NCBI RefSeq assembly: GCF_006345805.1
Contig: NC_043011.1
Location: 23,944,464 to 24,008,463, forward strand
From: Octopus sinensis
Taxonomy: Eukaryota
Direction of reading: 5' to 3'
Length of the DNA stretch: 64,000 nucleotides
Positions 50,750 to 63,559 of the stretch are shown in pieces. Both the position numbers and the translations under genes were made by a program. The notes under the pieces are model-generated. The model was given only the letters and a program-made list of their open reading frames with translations. It did no database searches and was not told the DNA's origin. Numbering within the stretch: position 1 is the stretch's first letter; every line of letters starts with the position of its first letter.

Positions 50750-51602
50750 ACTTATGTCGACATCAAAATGCATAAAAAAACTTTTAGCTGACCGCTCTCA
50801 AGGAGCCCATGGCGATAATGAGTGTCTCTTTATAAGGAGTGACGTCAGAGTGGCTGAATGTAGAAGAATCTAGAAGGTTCTAAAGGTTCAAGGGTTCAAA
50901 CGAAGTAGGAGGAGGGAGGCTTAAGAATAGTAAGGTGAGAGAGTGCAGGTCAAAAGAATGGTGGGTTTAAATGATTTCTTTTATGAATGAGTGCCTGTGT
51001 GTGTGACTGTATATAACTGTCTTAATGTGTGTATGTGTGTGTCTGAATGCGTGATTGTGTTTGTGGATGGGTAGATGTCAGAAAACTGACAGCTGTGAGG
51101 TGAGAGGTCTGTGTCTGTGTGTTCGATTATGTTTACTGTAGAGAAAAGAAAGTAGATAGCGAAAGGGAGAAAGAATCGGGCGAGGTGAGAGGCAACGCAA
51201 GAATGGATAGTTGTAATTGGGAATATAAGAAAATCTTTTTGACTATTGGGGTGAAATATAGCAAAAAATTTTTGGGGAAATCGAGGGGTTCTCTATATTA
51301 GTCACTATTTATATGAGTGAAAGGTGTGTCTTTTCCAGTGTAAATACCTGTAGGATCTTTCGACGATTGTATTTATTAAAGGGACTTTGGCGAACAAAAT
51401 ATGAAAAAGTTCGGAATTACAGATACCACAAAATTTTCTGCCTTTATCAAACGGGAAGGACACCGACAAAATTCGAGCTTGAACGTAGTGTTATTGTTCT
51501 TCAGACGCCAGACTAATTTGCTTAGCCCCGTGCTGTGTTGCTTTCTCTTATCTCTGAAAGTGGAATAATGGTTGGAACCAGTATTTAGAATTGCTCGAGA
51601 AG

Positions 51603-52515
51603 GAAATACAGAAGAATTACAGAACTACGAATAAGGATACAACTTGGAAATTAAGAAAATCATGGTTGCTCATGGTTTGCAAATGAAAACACAACCACTC
51701 AACCCAAGGCAACCAAGATTCATCGTCAAGGACCATAAACCAAACTTCCAAACCAACCAGCATTAAGGCTCATTCGCCCTTCTAGTTCCGACATCGGTTC
51801 CATCAGTAAGTACATTTTAGATAAATACATACCTAGATTAGTTAATAAGCTTAAACTCAACATATGGTCTAACTCCACTCAAGTCGTAGAATGGTTCTCT
51901 TCCATTTCTAATAAAAATAGCACTAAATTCATTCAATTCGATATTTCCAATTTCTACCCTTCGATAAACCCCAGCGTGCTCAATAAGGCCCTAAAAATTA
52001 CAACTAATAGTAATGATAATAAGATGAATAGTATCGTGGCCAAAGCCAGCAACAATTTTTACACCTATCACAACAATAAAAACTCTGTCTTAGTATCGGA
52101 AACCAACCGCAACAGATTAAAGTTCTTATCCAAAAATTCCAAAATTAGAAACACCACTTACCAATGCAAAATCTCTTCTGGAACCGATGTCTACTTCTAC
52201 ATTGGCACAACCTCTTCTAAATTATCCCAAAGGATCTCCAACCATTATTCCACTTTCAGAGATAAGAGAAAGCAACACAGCACGGGGCTAAGCAAATTAG
52301 TCTGGCGTCTGAAGAACAATAACACTACGTTCAAGCTCGAATGGTCCATTTTGTCGGTGTCCTTCCCGTTTGATAAAGGCAAAAAATTTTGTGGCATCTG
52401 TAATTCCGAACTTTTTCATATTTTGTTCGCCAAAGTCCCTTTAATAAATACAATCGTCGAAAGATCCTACAGGTGTTTGCACTGGAAAAGACACACCTTT
52501 CACTCATATAAATAG
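51603..52515 (+). pseudogene. PLE RT N-terminal fragment fused in frame to GIY-YIG endonuclease
   Basis: RFIVKDHKPNF(fs)RLIRPSSSDIGSISK...FIQFDISNFYPSI..KAL then TYQCKI...YIGTTSSKLSQRISNH..F..STGLSK.VW.LK...C..C..E; frame open from 51739 to 52515; no YxDD region. Confidence 0.9.
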
Positions 52516-53068
52516 TGACTAATATAGATAACCCCTCGATTTCCAAAAAAATTTTTGCTATGTTTCACCTCAATAGTCAAAATGATTTTCTTATATTCCC
52601 AATTACAACTATCCATTCTTGCGTTGCCTCTCACCTCGCCCGATTCTTTCTCCCTTTCGCTATCTACTTTCCTTTCTCTACAGTAAACATAATCGAACAC
52701 ACAGACACAGACCTCTCACCTCACAGCTGTCAGTTTTCTGACATCTACCCATCCACAAACACAATCACGCATTCAGACACACACATACACACATTAAGAC
52801 AGTTATATACAGTCACATACACAGGCACTCATTCATAAACGAAATCATTTAAACCCACCATTCTTTTGACCTGCACTCTCTCACCTTACTATTCTTAAAC
52901 TTCCCTCCTCCTACTTCGTTTGAACCCTTGAACCTTTAGAACCTTCTAGATTCTTCTACATTCAACCACTCTGACGTCACTCCTTATAAAGAGACACTCA
53001 TTATCGCCATTGGCTCCTTGAGAGCGGTCAGCTAAAGGTTTTTTATGCATTTTGATGTCGACATAAGT

Positions 53069-53165
53069 TCCTTGATTTTCCTGATGAGAAATCTGCCTAA
53101 TGTACTCCTTATTCCTTCGGAATTAGGAATTTCCAGCCTTCGAAACATATGTCGAGAATAAAGGA
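53069..53165 (+). ncRNA. Type I hammerhead ribozyme in the right pLTR, predicted cleavage after GUC at 53153
   Basis: Same core and stems I and III; the distal stem II helix is weakened (CTGCCTA/TTTCCAG). Confidence 0.85.
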
Positions 53166-53204
53166 TATTTGTTAACTAGTCATTCAACTCCATTCTTTCA
53201 TATA

Positions 53205-53326
<122 letters not shown>

Positions 53327-53890
53327 TGTATGTATGTATGTATATGTGTGTGTGTGTATGTGTATGCATGTGTATATATATATATATGTACATATTTATA
53401 TATTTGTGTGTGTATATTTTTATGTGTATGTATACTTATGTATGAATATATGTATATATATATATATATATTTGCTTGTAGGTATGTATGCATGTTTTAC
53501 TTGTATGTTTTTGTGTTTGCGCATGAATGTATTTTATGTTTTTTGTCTACATATGTATATACAAGTATATGTAGCTGTGTATGTATGTATTTTTTGTCTG
53601 TATATGTATATTTTTGTGTATGGATACATTAATACGTGTGTATATCTATGTATGTATATATGTGTGTATTTCTATATTTTTATATGTTTTTTCTTTGGTG
53701 CATTTTGCATGCACATTTGTGTTTTTTGTTTTGGTAGATGTGTATATATTATGTGTATTTTATGTATGTACATGTGTGTGTATGCGTATATATATGTATT
53801 TATTTATTTATATATATGTATATATATGTACATGTGTGTGCGGGTACATGTATGTGCATGTTTATGTTTTATGCATGTGTTTGTAGGTGT

Positions 53891-53940
<50 letters not shown>

Positions 53941-54059
53941 ATATGTATATATATTTATTTATATTTATATAGTCTTATGTGAATACGTACTTCTTTATAT
54001 TACTTGTATGTTATCTCACACTTGAACCCCTGTGTGTGTATGTATGAGTGTATGTGTAT

Positions 54060-54900
54060 GACTGTATATTCTTATGTGTTAAGTGTATACGTTTTTATAA
54101 CACTTGTAATTTTATAATAATTTACTCCATATATTCGTTTTTTGTTCCTACTTTCTGATTGTCTCCCCTACCCCAGGCTAGTTTTTTAGTAAGGTAACTA
54201 TCTTGAATACACCGGCCGGTCTTGTCTGATCGATATTTTTTCCTTGTTAGGTTTTCTTAGTTTTTTTTCTCTGCCTGTATGTTCATTTTTACTTTAATAT
54301 TGTAACTTTTTCAAACATAGTCTTGCCTATCACTTTTTAGCCCCGTGTAAAATACATTTTCGTTTTTCGACATTAATATGTATATGTATAACTCTCTATT
54401 TTTCTACTAGTCCACCTGTTACGTTATATTCTACTATTCACACGTGGTACTGTTTATTATACTTTGTCTCGACCTGTTACCATTTTTTAAAACATACCGT
54501 TAGCTTTTTATTCTTATTCTTATTCTTATGTTATAGTTTACCGCACATATAGACGCACATACACATTGATATGTCTATCTTTTTTCTCTTTCGTCTCTCT
54601 TACTGTTATTATTACTGTTTTTTTTTTGCACTTTTATAACTTGCTTGTAAATATCCGATTTTTCCCCTATTACCCCATTTGTAGTCTCCTTTATTATATC
54701 TTATCTTAATTTATTTTATTAAGCCTTTTTTGCTGTCTTTACAAAAATTCCTCACACTGATGAAAATGACAATGCATAAATTTAATTATAATTACTATGG
54801 TTATAATTTTTTCTTACATATTTGTATTGTCCTTTGAAACGCGCGTATGTATTGAATCCTATTTTCTTTTAAAGTTAATTTTGATTCAGCATCTTTTTTT
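54060..54900 (+). mobile_element. PLE 3' UTR/pLTR relic
   Basis: 54210-54270 is homologous to the UTR of the 48.5-kb PLE; ends with a hammerhead. Confidence 0.55.
54747..54857 (+). ncRNA. Type I hammerhead ribozyme (intact core), predicted cleavage after GUA at 54847
   Basis: ATTC..ACA-CTGATGA-AAA.GACAATGCA...TGTATTGTC.TTT-GAAAC-GCGC-GTA-TGT..GAAT: 12/13-bp stem II, palindromic ACGCGCGT stem III. Confidence 0.8.
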
Positions 54901-55661
54901 CTTCAATTGTTTATGGTATATTTATAGCTATAATGATATTTTCAACTACTATTTTCATATTCTTATTACTTGCACTGGCTGTTTTTCCATGAATATGATG
55001 AATCATTATTAGAAGTCATTGCTTCTCTCTTTTTGGACCTCTCACAAAGTTTGAATTGGTTCTCTTTTCAACTTATTTTCCCCATATATGTATATATGTA
55101 TGTATGTAGATATATAATATATATATATATAATATATATATATATATATGTATATATACATGTATATATGTATATATATATGTGTGTATGCATATATATA
55201 TGTATATATATATATATGTATTATATATGTTGTATGTATATATTAAATATTGTATATATATTATATTATATATATATGTGTATGTATATATAATGTGTGT
55301 ATGTATATATATATGTATATGTGTGTATATATATATGTATATGAGTGTGTATATATATATATGTGCGTGTGTGTATATATATATGTATGTATATATATAC
55401 ATGTGCATATGTATATATACATATATATGTATATATATACATGTGCATATGTATATATACATATATATGTATATATATATATGTGTATGTATATATATAT
55501 ATATAATATATATCTATATATATGTATGTATATATATGTGTGTATATATATATATACATGTGTATATGTATATATACATACATATATGTTTATATATGTT
55601 GTATATATATTGTATATATATACATGTATACATATACATATATATGTAGATACATATATAT

Positions 55662-55693
<32 letters not shown>

Positions 55694-56024
55694 CACACAC
55701 ATATGTATATATATATATATAATATATATATATATATTAAATTAGAGATAAAACCACTATTAGGCAAATCAACAGTGAAAAACATAAGCCAATACATAAA
55801 TTAATTTTAAAATATGAAAGTTAAAAATTTAAAAAATTATTTAAATAATTTAAACTTATAAATTTTAAATATATATTCAAATATATATATATATATATAT
55901 GTATGTATATTTTAATCTATATATTATTTTATTAATTAATTAATCAATTAATTAATTTATACTATAAAATTGAATTTTCCTAAATCTAGTTTTTCCCTGT
56001 AATTTGGATTTATTCCCTAATATT

Positions 56025-56073
<49 letters not shown>

Positions 56074-56096
56074 ATATATATATATATTATATATAT

Positions 56097-56372
56097 GCTA
56101 TAGCCTCAGGCCGCCCAAGCCTTGTGAGTGGATATCGTACACGGAAACTGAAAGAAATATGTATGTATTTGTGTGTGTGTGTTTTGGTGGATATATTTTC
56201 ACTCTCACCATCGCTTGACAACCGATGCTGCTGGGTTTACGTCCCCGTAAATTAGCGGTTCGGCAAAAGATACCGATAGAGTATGTACTAGGCTTACAAA
56301 GAATAAATCCTGGATTTGATTTATTTGACTAAAGGCGGTGCTCCAAAATGGCCGCAGTTACATGTCTGAAAC
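56097..56372 (+). mobile_element. SINE family A, 5'-truncated
   Basis: gctatagcctc...cgtccccgtaa.ttagcggttcggcaaaag homology. Confidence 0.75.
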
Positions 56373-56504
56373 ATCCAAAACAATAAAAATCTATGCCGTT
56401 TTATTCCCAAGCAACGCCGTATATCCCTGTTAGTATATTATATTCCATCATAATGTTAAACCGTTAATCCCAACATTTTTTCTGTCTCCGTTATTTTACC
56501 TCTC

Positions 56505-56615
56505 AATCCTGTCTGTCGAAGAGCGTAGGCACGAAACAGCAAAGACGTTTGCATTCTTCCAGAGCGTTAAACTAATACACCTGCTTGTTGATCCTTTACC
56601 GTTCTTCGTCTTTTG
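56505..56615 (+). mobile_element. Neptune-type pLTR remnant with degenerate hammerhead (56513-56544)
   Basis: CTGTCGA-A-GAGC-GTAG-GCAC-GAAAC...gagcgttaaactaatacac, homologous to 29715-29795 (minus). Confidence 0.6.
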
Positions 56616-56632
56616 CTTTCCGCAAATTTGAG

Positions 56633-56681
<49 letters not shown>

Positions 56682-56683
<2 letters not shown>

Positions 56684-58590
56684 AGAATCCCTCGCTTTTT
56701 GGAAGCAATATGTTCCTGAAAATCTGGCCAAAACGCGAAATCCCGTAATGTGAAATTAATTTTCCTATTGATTTTCATTTTATGAAGTAAAATTGCTTTC
56801 CCTACGGACTTTTTAAAAAAAGACAAGCACAAGAAAATAGAACAAGCAACACGATCACATGTATAACAGATACGGTGCAATATAGAGATATTAAAAAGCA
56901 AAACCAGTTCAAGAGGAATACGTAATGGTATTAATATGCTTCGTGAATCCACAGAGTACGTTCTTACCACAAAAGACGTTAACTACTGTGTGGTGGATGG
57001 TGGTGAAATGAGCGTTACTAGGAGTTTGCGAAATATTTACTATCTTATTGCTCATTATCACGAATATCAGCTTGATGGGTGAAGAACTTATTCAAAATTG
57101 TTTGTTGTTTACGACGCATCATCTCTTTGTACAGCTCAGCGTAGGAACTGAGCACATTGTAAACTCTTCTTGTAATTTTTATCTTATGTTCGCGATTAAG
57201 ATTATTATCAACAAAATCCTGCAGACATTTCTCTATAAATGCCATTTCTGAAGCAATAATTTTAGTAGTCGATTTAAGTGGTGTACAAGGAATTCCCGTG
57301 GTCTCATCTGTATTCTCAGCTTGTTCGTTTTCTAACAGCATCAGCTTATCGCTAGATAAACTTTCTCTCTGAGACACTAGTAACTCGATCACATCATCCT
57401 CTATGATTTCTTTAAATCCTACAGCCTTTGCAAGTGTCACAATATATTTCCGAATCTGATGGAGACTTTTTCCTTGTGAAAAACTTGTAATTTCACGAAC
57501 ACAGTTTGGCCATATATTTTTCCAAGTACTGTTCAAAGTTGAGGTTTCGCTTCATCCTATGACTCAGCTATATTACTCACAGCACTCACTATGCTGAATT
57601 TCTTCCAGAAACATCTAACAGTATGTTTATTTTCTCGGTCGATTGCTTTCATAAGTTGTTTGAATGTTTTTCTCATATGATCTCTTGAAGTTAGCAATTA
57701 CACTTTGATCAATTGGCTGGAGCGACGAAGTTGTATTGGGGATAAATTCTACTCGTACATTATTAGAAAGGTCATCTAAGTGCGCTGGGTGGCACGGTGC
57801 ATTGTCTGAATGAAGGAATGCTTTGTTGAAAATATGTCTGGCACTGTATCTTTCGACGACAGTACGAAAAATGTTTGTCGACCACTCTTTGAAAAGGCTC
57901 TTAGTCGTCCATGCCTTCTTATTTGAACGCCAAATCAGAGGTCGATTAAAGTTTGTGTAACCCCTGAGAGCCCGTGGGTTTTTGGAAGGGTACACGCGTA
58001 GGGGTTTTAATTTCATATCACCAGTGGCATTGCCTTCTACAAGAAGTGTCAGACGATGTTTGGAAGCTTTAAAATCCTGGTGTTGATTTTTCTTCTCGAG
58101 AAAACAATGATTTTCTTTCACTGCTCAGAATAATTAGTAGCAGCCTCTGTATCAGCGCGTGCAGTTTCACCAGTCACTTTTATGTTGTGCAAACTCATAC
58201 GCTCCTTAAACCTTTCAATCTAGCTTTTAATAGCCAAAAAAGGTTTTTCATAAGTTTTACCTTCCTTTTTCCGCAAATCGTCATATAAACTTTTAAAAAA
58301 TTACTATTGTGTTTATCGACATATTACGCCGATTCTGATGCATTCAAGATTAGATCTAAGGAAAAATAAGGCCCGGTCAATAAACGGAGTGGCTTTTTGA
58401 GCACTCGACATAATTTCCTCTCTGTTGTTACGTATTCTTCCTACTGTAGACGTCACAAGATTTAATGTTTTGGCAATATAACCTAGTTTTTCTCCCGGAT
58501 CAAGTTTAATATCCAATGTTATGTCATTACGGTTCCTTTTTGCACTACTTCCTTCAGGTCTACTTGATAGCTTCTTTCATGACATCTTAA
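56682..58590 (-). mobile_element. pogo/Tigger-like DNA transposon relic (CENP-B-like HTH and DDE_1 transposase pseudogene)
   Basis: KRNRNDITLDIKL..LNLVTSTVGRI; FKASKHRLTLLVEGNATGDMKLKP..YPSKNPRAL..IWRSNKKAW..DNAPCHP..PNTTSSLQPIDQSVIANFK; C-terminal acidic region. One end TA|CAAGAATCCCTCG; the other TIR was not found. Confidence 0.88.
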
Positions 58591-58884
58591 ATTGAAGGTA
58601 GATACAACAACAGGGAGATTAATTATCTAATGTGTAGCAAAAAATTGTGTTATTCCAACGGATGTAATAATGAAAATGAGATTGAGAAAGAGAAAGTACT
58701 ATGGGATTAGTTAGTTCAAGGGTCAGCAGCTTTTATACGTAATTCACCCCTTGCACACTTAAAACACACTCACACTTACAGCACACACACACACACACAC
58801 ACACACAAAAACAAGCACACACATGTTGGCGCACATGCTGATGATGTCTGTTGTAGCCAGTCGGATCCAAAAGCTGATGGGTTG

Positions 58885-59580
58885 ATGGTACTTCTCAACC
58901 ACATGGTTCCAAGTTCAGTCCCATCAAATGGTATCTTGGACATGTGTCTTCTACTATAGCTCCGGGCCAACTAAAGCCTTGTGAGTTGATGTAATAGACA
59001 GAAACTGTATAAAACCCGTCGTATGTGTATATGTGTGTGTATGGGTGCCGTCATAGCTGTGTGGCAAAAAGTTTGTTTCTCAACCACATGGTTCTAAGTT
59101 CAATCCCATTGTGTGGTATCTCGAGCAATATTTTCTGCTATGGGCCCGAGCCAACCAAAAAGCCTTGTGAATTGATGTAATAGATACTGTATGAAGCCCG
59201 TTGTCTGCGTATATATATATATGTGTGTGTGTGTCTCCCACCGCATGACAATCGGTGTTGGTGTGTTTGCATCCCCCAAATGAGTCAAACAGGTATCAAA
59301 GTGGGGCCTATAAGCAAAAAATGGTTGAGAAACACTGTTGTAGACAAAATAGTGCATAATAAATGGTATCTAGGTACTCTACAGATTTTTATAAGAATAA
59401 CTTAAGGCTTAAAATATGTTTTCTATAATGTTAAATACAGACAGGACTGTGAGGTTAAGATGTTTGCCACCCAACCACATAGTTTTGGGTTCAGTTTTAA
59501 TGTGTGCCACCTTGGACATGAGTAAGTGGATTTAGTTGATGGAAGGTAAAAGAAGCTCATTGTATTCATATGTGTGTATG
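58885..59580 (+). mobile_element. Cluster of degenerate SINE A head fragments and one hAT MITE end (59285-59338)
   Basis: Repeated CTCAACCACATGGTTC..GTTCA.TCCC; GGTTGAGAAACACTG TIR. Confidence 0.6.
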
Positions 59581-60742
59581 TAAGAGAGTGTTTGTGCCTA
59601 CTCCTCCTCATCGTTTAACGTCTGTTTTCCATGCTGCCATGGATGGAACACAATTTCATTGTCATGACATTGCATGATAGTTGTAAGCAAGTGTCATTGT
59701 TATGCGAGTGGTGACTTTTTGTTTCCAATTTTCCACAAAAACCATGTCTGGCCATGGGAAAATACTACCTTACTTGGAAATAGGTGAGCTCTAGCGACAG
59801 AAAGGGCTTCTGGCTCAACAAATTCTGTTCAACCCATGCAAGTATAGAAAAGTGGACATTATCGATGATGATGATGATAATCACTGATGCCGAGTATGAT
59901 TAATAAAACAAGAGAAGCAATAGTTTTTCTATATTTTTTTCTAAAATTTTAACTTTAAAAATAAAACTTTTTTTTTTCATTTTCTCTTTGACTTCCATTG
60001 CATCACAATAACAAAAAACAAAAATGCCTGAAATCGACTGATGCAGGCGACAGCCCATCATGTTGAATTGGTCGGCTGTCACTTTACTTACAATGTATTA
60101 TGAGAAATAGATGTGACTAGTGAAAATCTATTCAATGTTGCTATGAAAAATGAAGAGCACCATGAACAATAGATGTAGGTAAACAGCATTTACATAATAT
60201 TTTAATTCTGTAGAAGAAAAAGAAAATGAATGTTGTTACAATGAATATTATCATCAAAGCTTTAAAAAATGTGATGAATTTTAATTTATTTTTAAAAAGG
60301 TTTAATCAATTGTCTGAAAGAAGTAGTTAGACTTTTGTTAATATGATGCAGTAATGCTATGAGACAGGCCTCTATGTGGTTGACTGTAGTGCTAGATATA
60401 ACAGCCAAGTCTTCTTCAAATAACTCCCAACTGTCTTAAAGGACACTGAATAATGTGGTTCTTTTTAAACACCCTTTGATCATAGGTCTGCTTTTGATTT
60501 GGGTTGATATGGAGCTAAAGAACGACAAGAGGCACCACCACAAAAGTTTCCAGCAAGGCAGTCTTTATGAAGTTAGAAATAGCAGCCAAATTCTTTCAGA
60601 TTATTTCCTATATCTTTCATCACAAGTATTCTCAGTTATGGCTGCCTTGGGGCTAAACACAGTAATATCACAAGACTAGGAAAGGCCTTTGTGATCCTTT
60701 GACACTCACACATATATATACATATACATACATATATATATA

Positions 60743-62347
60743 CAGTTGAGGCCAAAATGTTCAGAATGGCATTGTTTTCGTCAGAAAAGTAGATATAATT
60801 TTTTATCAAAGTTGTTTAATATTCTATAATTTTCACAGACAATAAATACGATATTATTTGTTATTGCCTGAGATATTGGTGTAATTTGAGAGGATAATAC
60901 AAAAGTTATGCATGATTTAGTGATTTACTGCAAAACCCACAGCGGCCAAAATGATCAGAACGGTTGCTTTTACTCCGTGTTTTAGTATATTTAACCGGCG
61001 AACTCTAATGTTTTGAATTTGTTACGTGACGGTTCGTTTACTAAACATTAGTAAGAATATTTGCAGTGTACTTTATTAATATAATGCCTCTTACTCCGTT
61101 ACCAATTCGTCAGCAGATTATTTAGCTTCGAAGGAAGGATAATTTAAGTATTGGATCTATTGTAAAGATTGTTAACAAGTGAACAAGTGTTGTACACGGT
61201 ATACTTAAGGTATACGATGATTGTGGTTCGTGTGAAGCAAGAAAGTTTACAGGTAGGCCAAGAAAAACGACCAAGAGAGAAGATCGTGCTATGGTAAAGT
61301 TGGTTAAAAAGGACAGATTTAAAACTGCTGCTGCTGTTACTCGGAAAATGAGCATTGTATTGAAGAAAACTTTATCTCGAAAAACTGTCTCGTCGTTTAG
61401 TTGAATATGACCTACAAGCAAGAGCACCTGCAGTGAAGCCACTGATCAGCTCCAAGAATAAAAAGTGTCGTCTTACCTTTGCAACCGAACATGTGTTGTG
61501 GTCTCAAGAAAAATGGCAAACGGTGCATTTCAGTGATGAATCTAAGTTTATGTTATTTGGCTCAGATGGGAAAAGGTACGTTCGTAGAAAAGTAGGTGAA
61601 AAATTGTCGCCTAAATGCCTTAAGACTAGTGTTAAATTTGGTGGAGGAAATGTCATGGTTTGGGGGATGATATCTAGAGATGGTGTGGGCCCTTTGGTGC
61701 GATTACATGAAAAGGCAAATGCAGGAGTTTATAAACAATTTGTAAAAGATCATATCTTGCCTGTGCTGAGAAATTCAACTAAGCGACCACCCATATTCAT
61801 GCAGGACAATGCCCCATGTCACAAGGCTAAGGTGGTCATGAACTTCCTCAAGGCTGAAATGGTTATTGTTATGGATCTCAATCCTATTGAAAATGTGTGG
61901 AATATTCTAGGAGAACGTTTGAAAGCCAGAAATCCTAAAACAACTGAGCAATTATGGAATGCCCTTCAGGAAGTATGGAATAAGATCACCCAGCAAGAAA
62001 CTGAAAATTTAATATCCTCATGCAGTCGAAGATGTCAGAGTGTGATTGAAGCTAAAGGGCTTCACACTAAATATTAAATAATTCCACTATTCTCTGTCAT
62101 TTTTTATTATTCTGTTATTTTTTCAACCATTCTGATCATTTTGGCCGCCATGGGTTTTGCAGAAAATCCCTAAATCATCCATAACTTTTGTATTATCCTC
62201 TCAAATTACACCAAAATCTCAGACAATAACAATTAACATTGTATTTATTGTCTATGAAAATTATAGAATATAAAACTACTTTGATAAAAACTTATACCTA
62301 CTTTTCTGACGAAAACAATGCCATTCTGAACATTTTGGCCGCAACTG
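60743..62347 (+). mobile_element. Tc1-family transposon with ~220-bp IR/DR terminal repeats
   Basis: TA|CAGTTG...CAACTG|TA; outer DRs 60750-69 and 62321-40, inner DRs 60944-63 and 62127-46. Confidence 0.95.
61084..62077 (+). pseudogene. Tc1 DDE transposase (stops, frameshift, 7-codon deletion)
   Basis: GRPRKTT, FSDESKF, QDNAPCH, DLNPIENVW; the WPxxSP segment is missing. Confidence 0.93.
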
Positions 62348-62421
62348 TATATACATATTCATACACACACAGACACACATATATATATATATATACATAT
62401 TCATACACACACACACACACA

Positions 62422-62452
<31 letters not shown>

Positions 62453-62484
62453 TGCACATATATACACATATACATATATGTATA

Positions 62485-62878
62485 TCTTTATATATAAAAG
62501 TGAAGTTGTGTGTCTGTCTCCTACGATTTTGATTCCTAACTACTCCCACATTTTGCGGTGCAGTGTAACCAAAAGCGGGTATCTTATAGTCGTGATACAT
62601 ATCGAGCTATTATGGGTATTAGCGCACGTCTACGATGAGTCTACGATTTAAAAAAAATTTACCATCATTTTTTCCCATTTTTAATGCATTTTTTGCTATT
62701 ATATAAGGGAAGTAACTCTCTAAAAATGTATTATTAAATCTCAGAACGTAAAAAGCTTCAGTAACACACCCCCTTTGTGGTTAGCCATATTGAGATGGCT
62801 ATTATACTTTACATCTCTAAAAATGCTTATATAGTTATTTCCCTTACAAACCCGAGCAACGCCGGGCGATATAGTTAG
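62485..62878 (+). mobile_element. Non-autonomous Helitron HelA, copy 4
   Basis: A|TC ... CCCGAGCAACGCCGGG ... TTAG|T. Confidence 0.88.
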
Positions 62879-62918
<40 letters not shown>

Positions 62919-62935
62919 CATATATATATATATAG

Positions 62936-62968
<33 letters not shown>

Positions 62969-63307
62969 TATATGTATATATATACACATACACACGCATA
63001 TATATATAAATACACACATACATATATATATACATACACATATATATACATATGCATATATATATTACACACACACACACATATATATATATAATAAAAT
63101 AGGGTAATAATAAATTATTATTACCAGTGGCCTAGCACAAAAAACGAATTAGTCATTAGACTATATATTATTCATATAGAAATACAATAAGAGGCTTCCA
63201 AATAGGAAAGTGTTGTGCTAGAAGGAGCAGTAGAAATCTCAAGACCACAAAAAAGGATAAATTCACGAAAGGAATGAAAATTAAAAATGTTTACCATCTC
63301 AACTATT

Positions 63308-63377
63308 TCCCAGACCACGGTTTCTAACTAATTCCAGCAAAAAAATATTTGCTGAAGGCCAGTTTTCTTCAGTGGGA
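63308..63377 (-). ncRNA. Type I hammerhead ribozyme (near-intact) in the pLTR of the terminal PLE
   Basis: TCCCA-CTGAAGA-A.AACTGG..TTCAGCAAA[TATTTT]TTTGCTGGA..TTAGTT.A-GAAAC-CGTG-GTC-TGGGA; the first stem II pair is A.A. Confidence 0.72.
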
Positions 63378-63559
63378 CAGCCTTTAGATTTCAGACATAC
63401 AGACCGCCAGATCCACACGTAGAACTAACGGTTTGTAAATCCTAACTTTTCAAACCACTGCACAGACGCAGATTATACCCGGCGACAGAGAGGATGCCGG
63501 TAAAAATTTCGAACATTTTTGTTCAGAAGGGGTTGTTTAGCTGTAAGTATACCTAGGCG

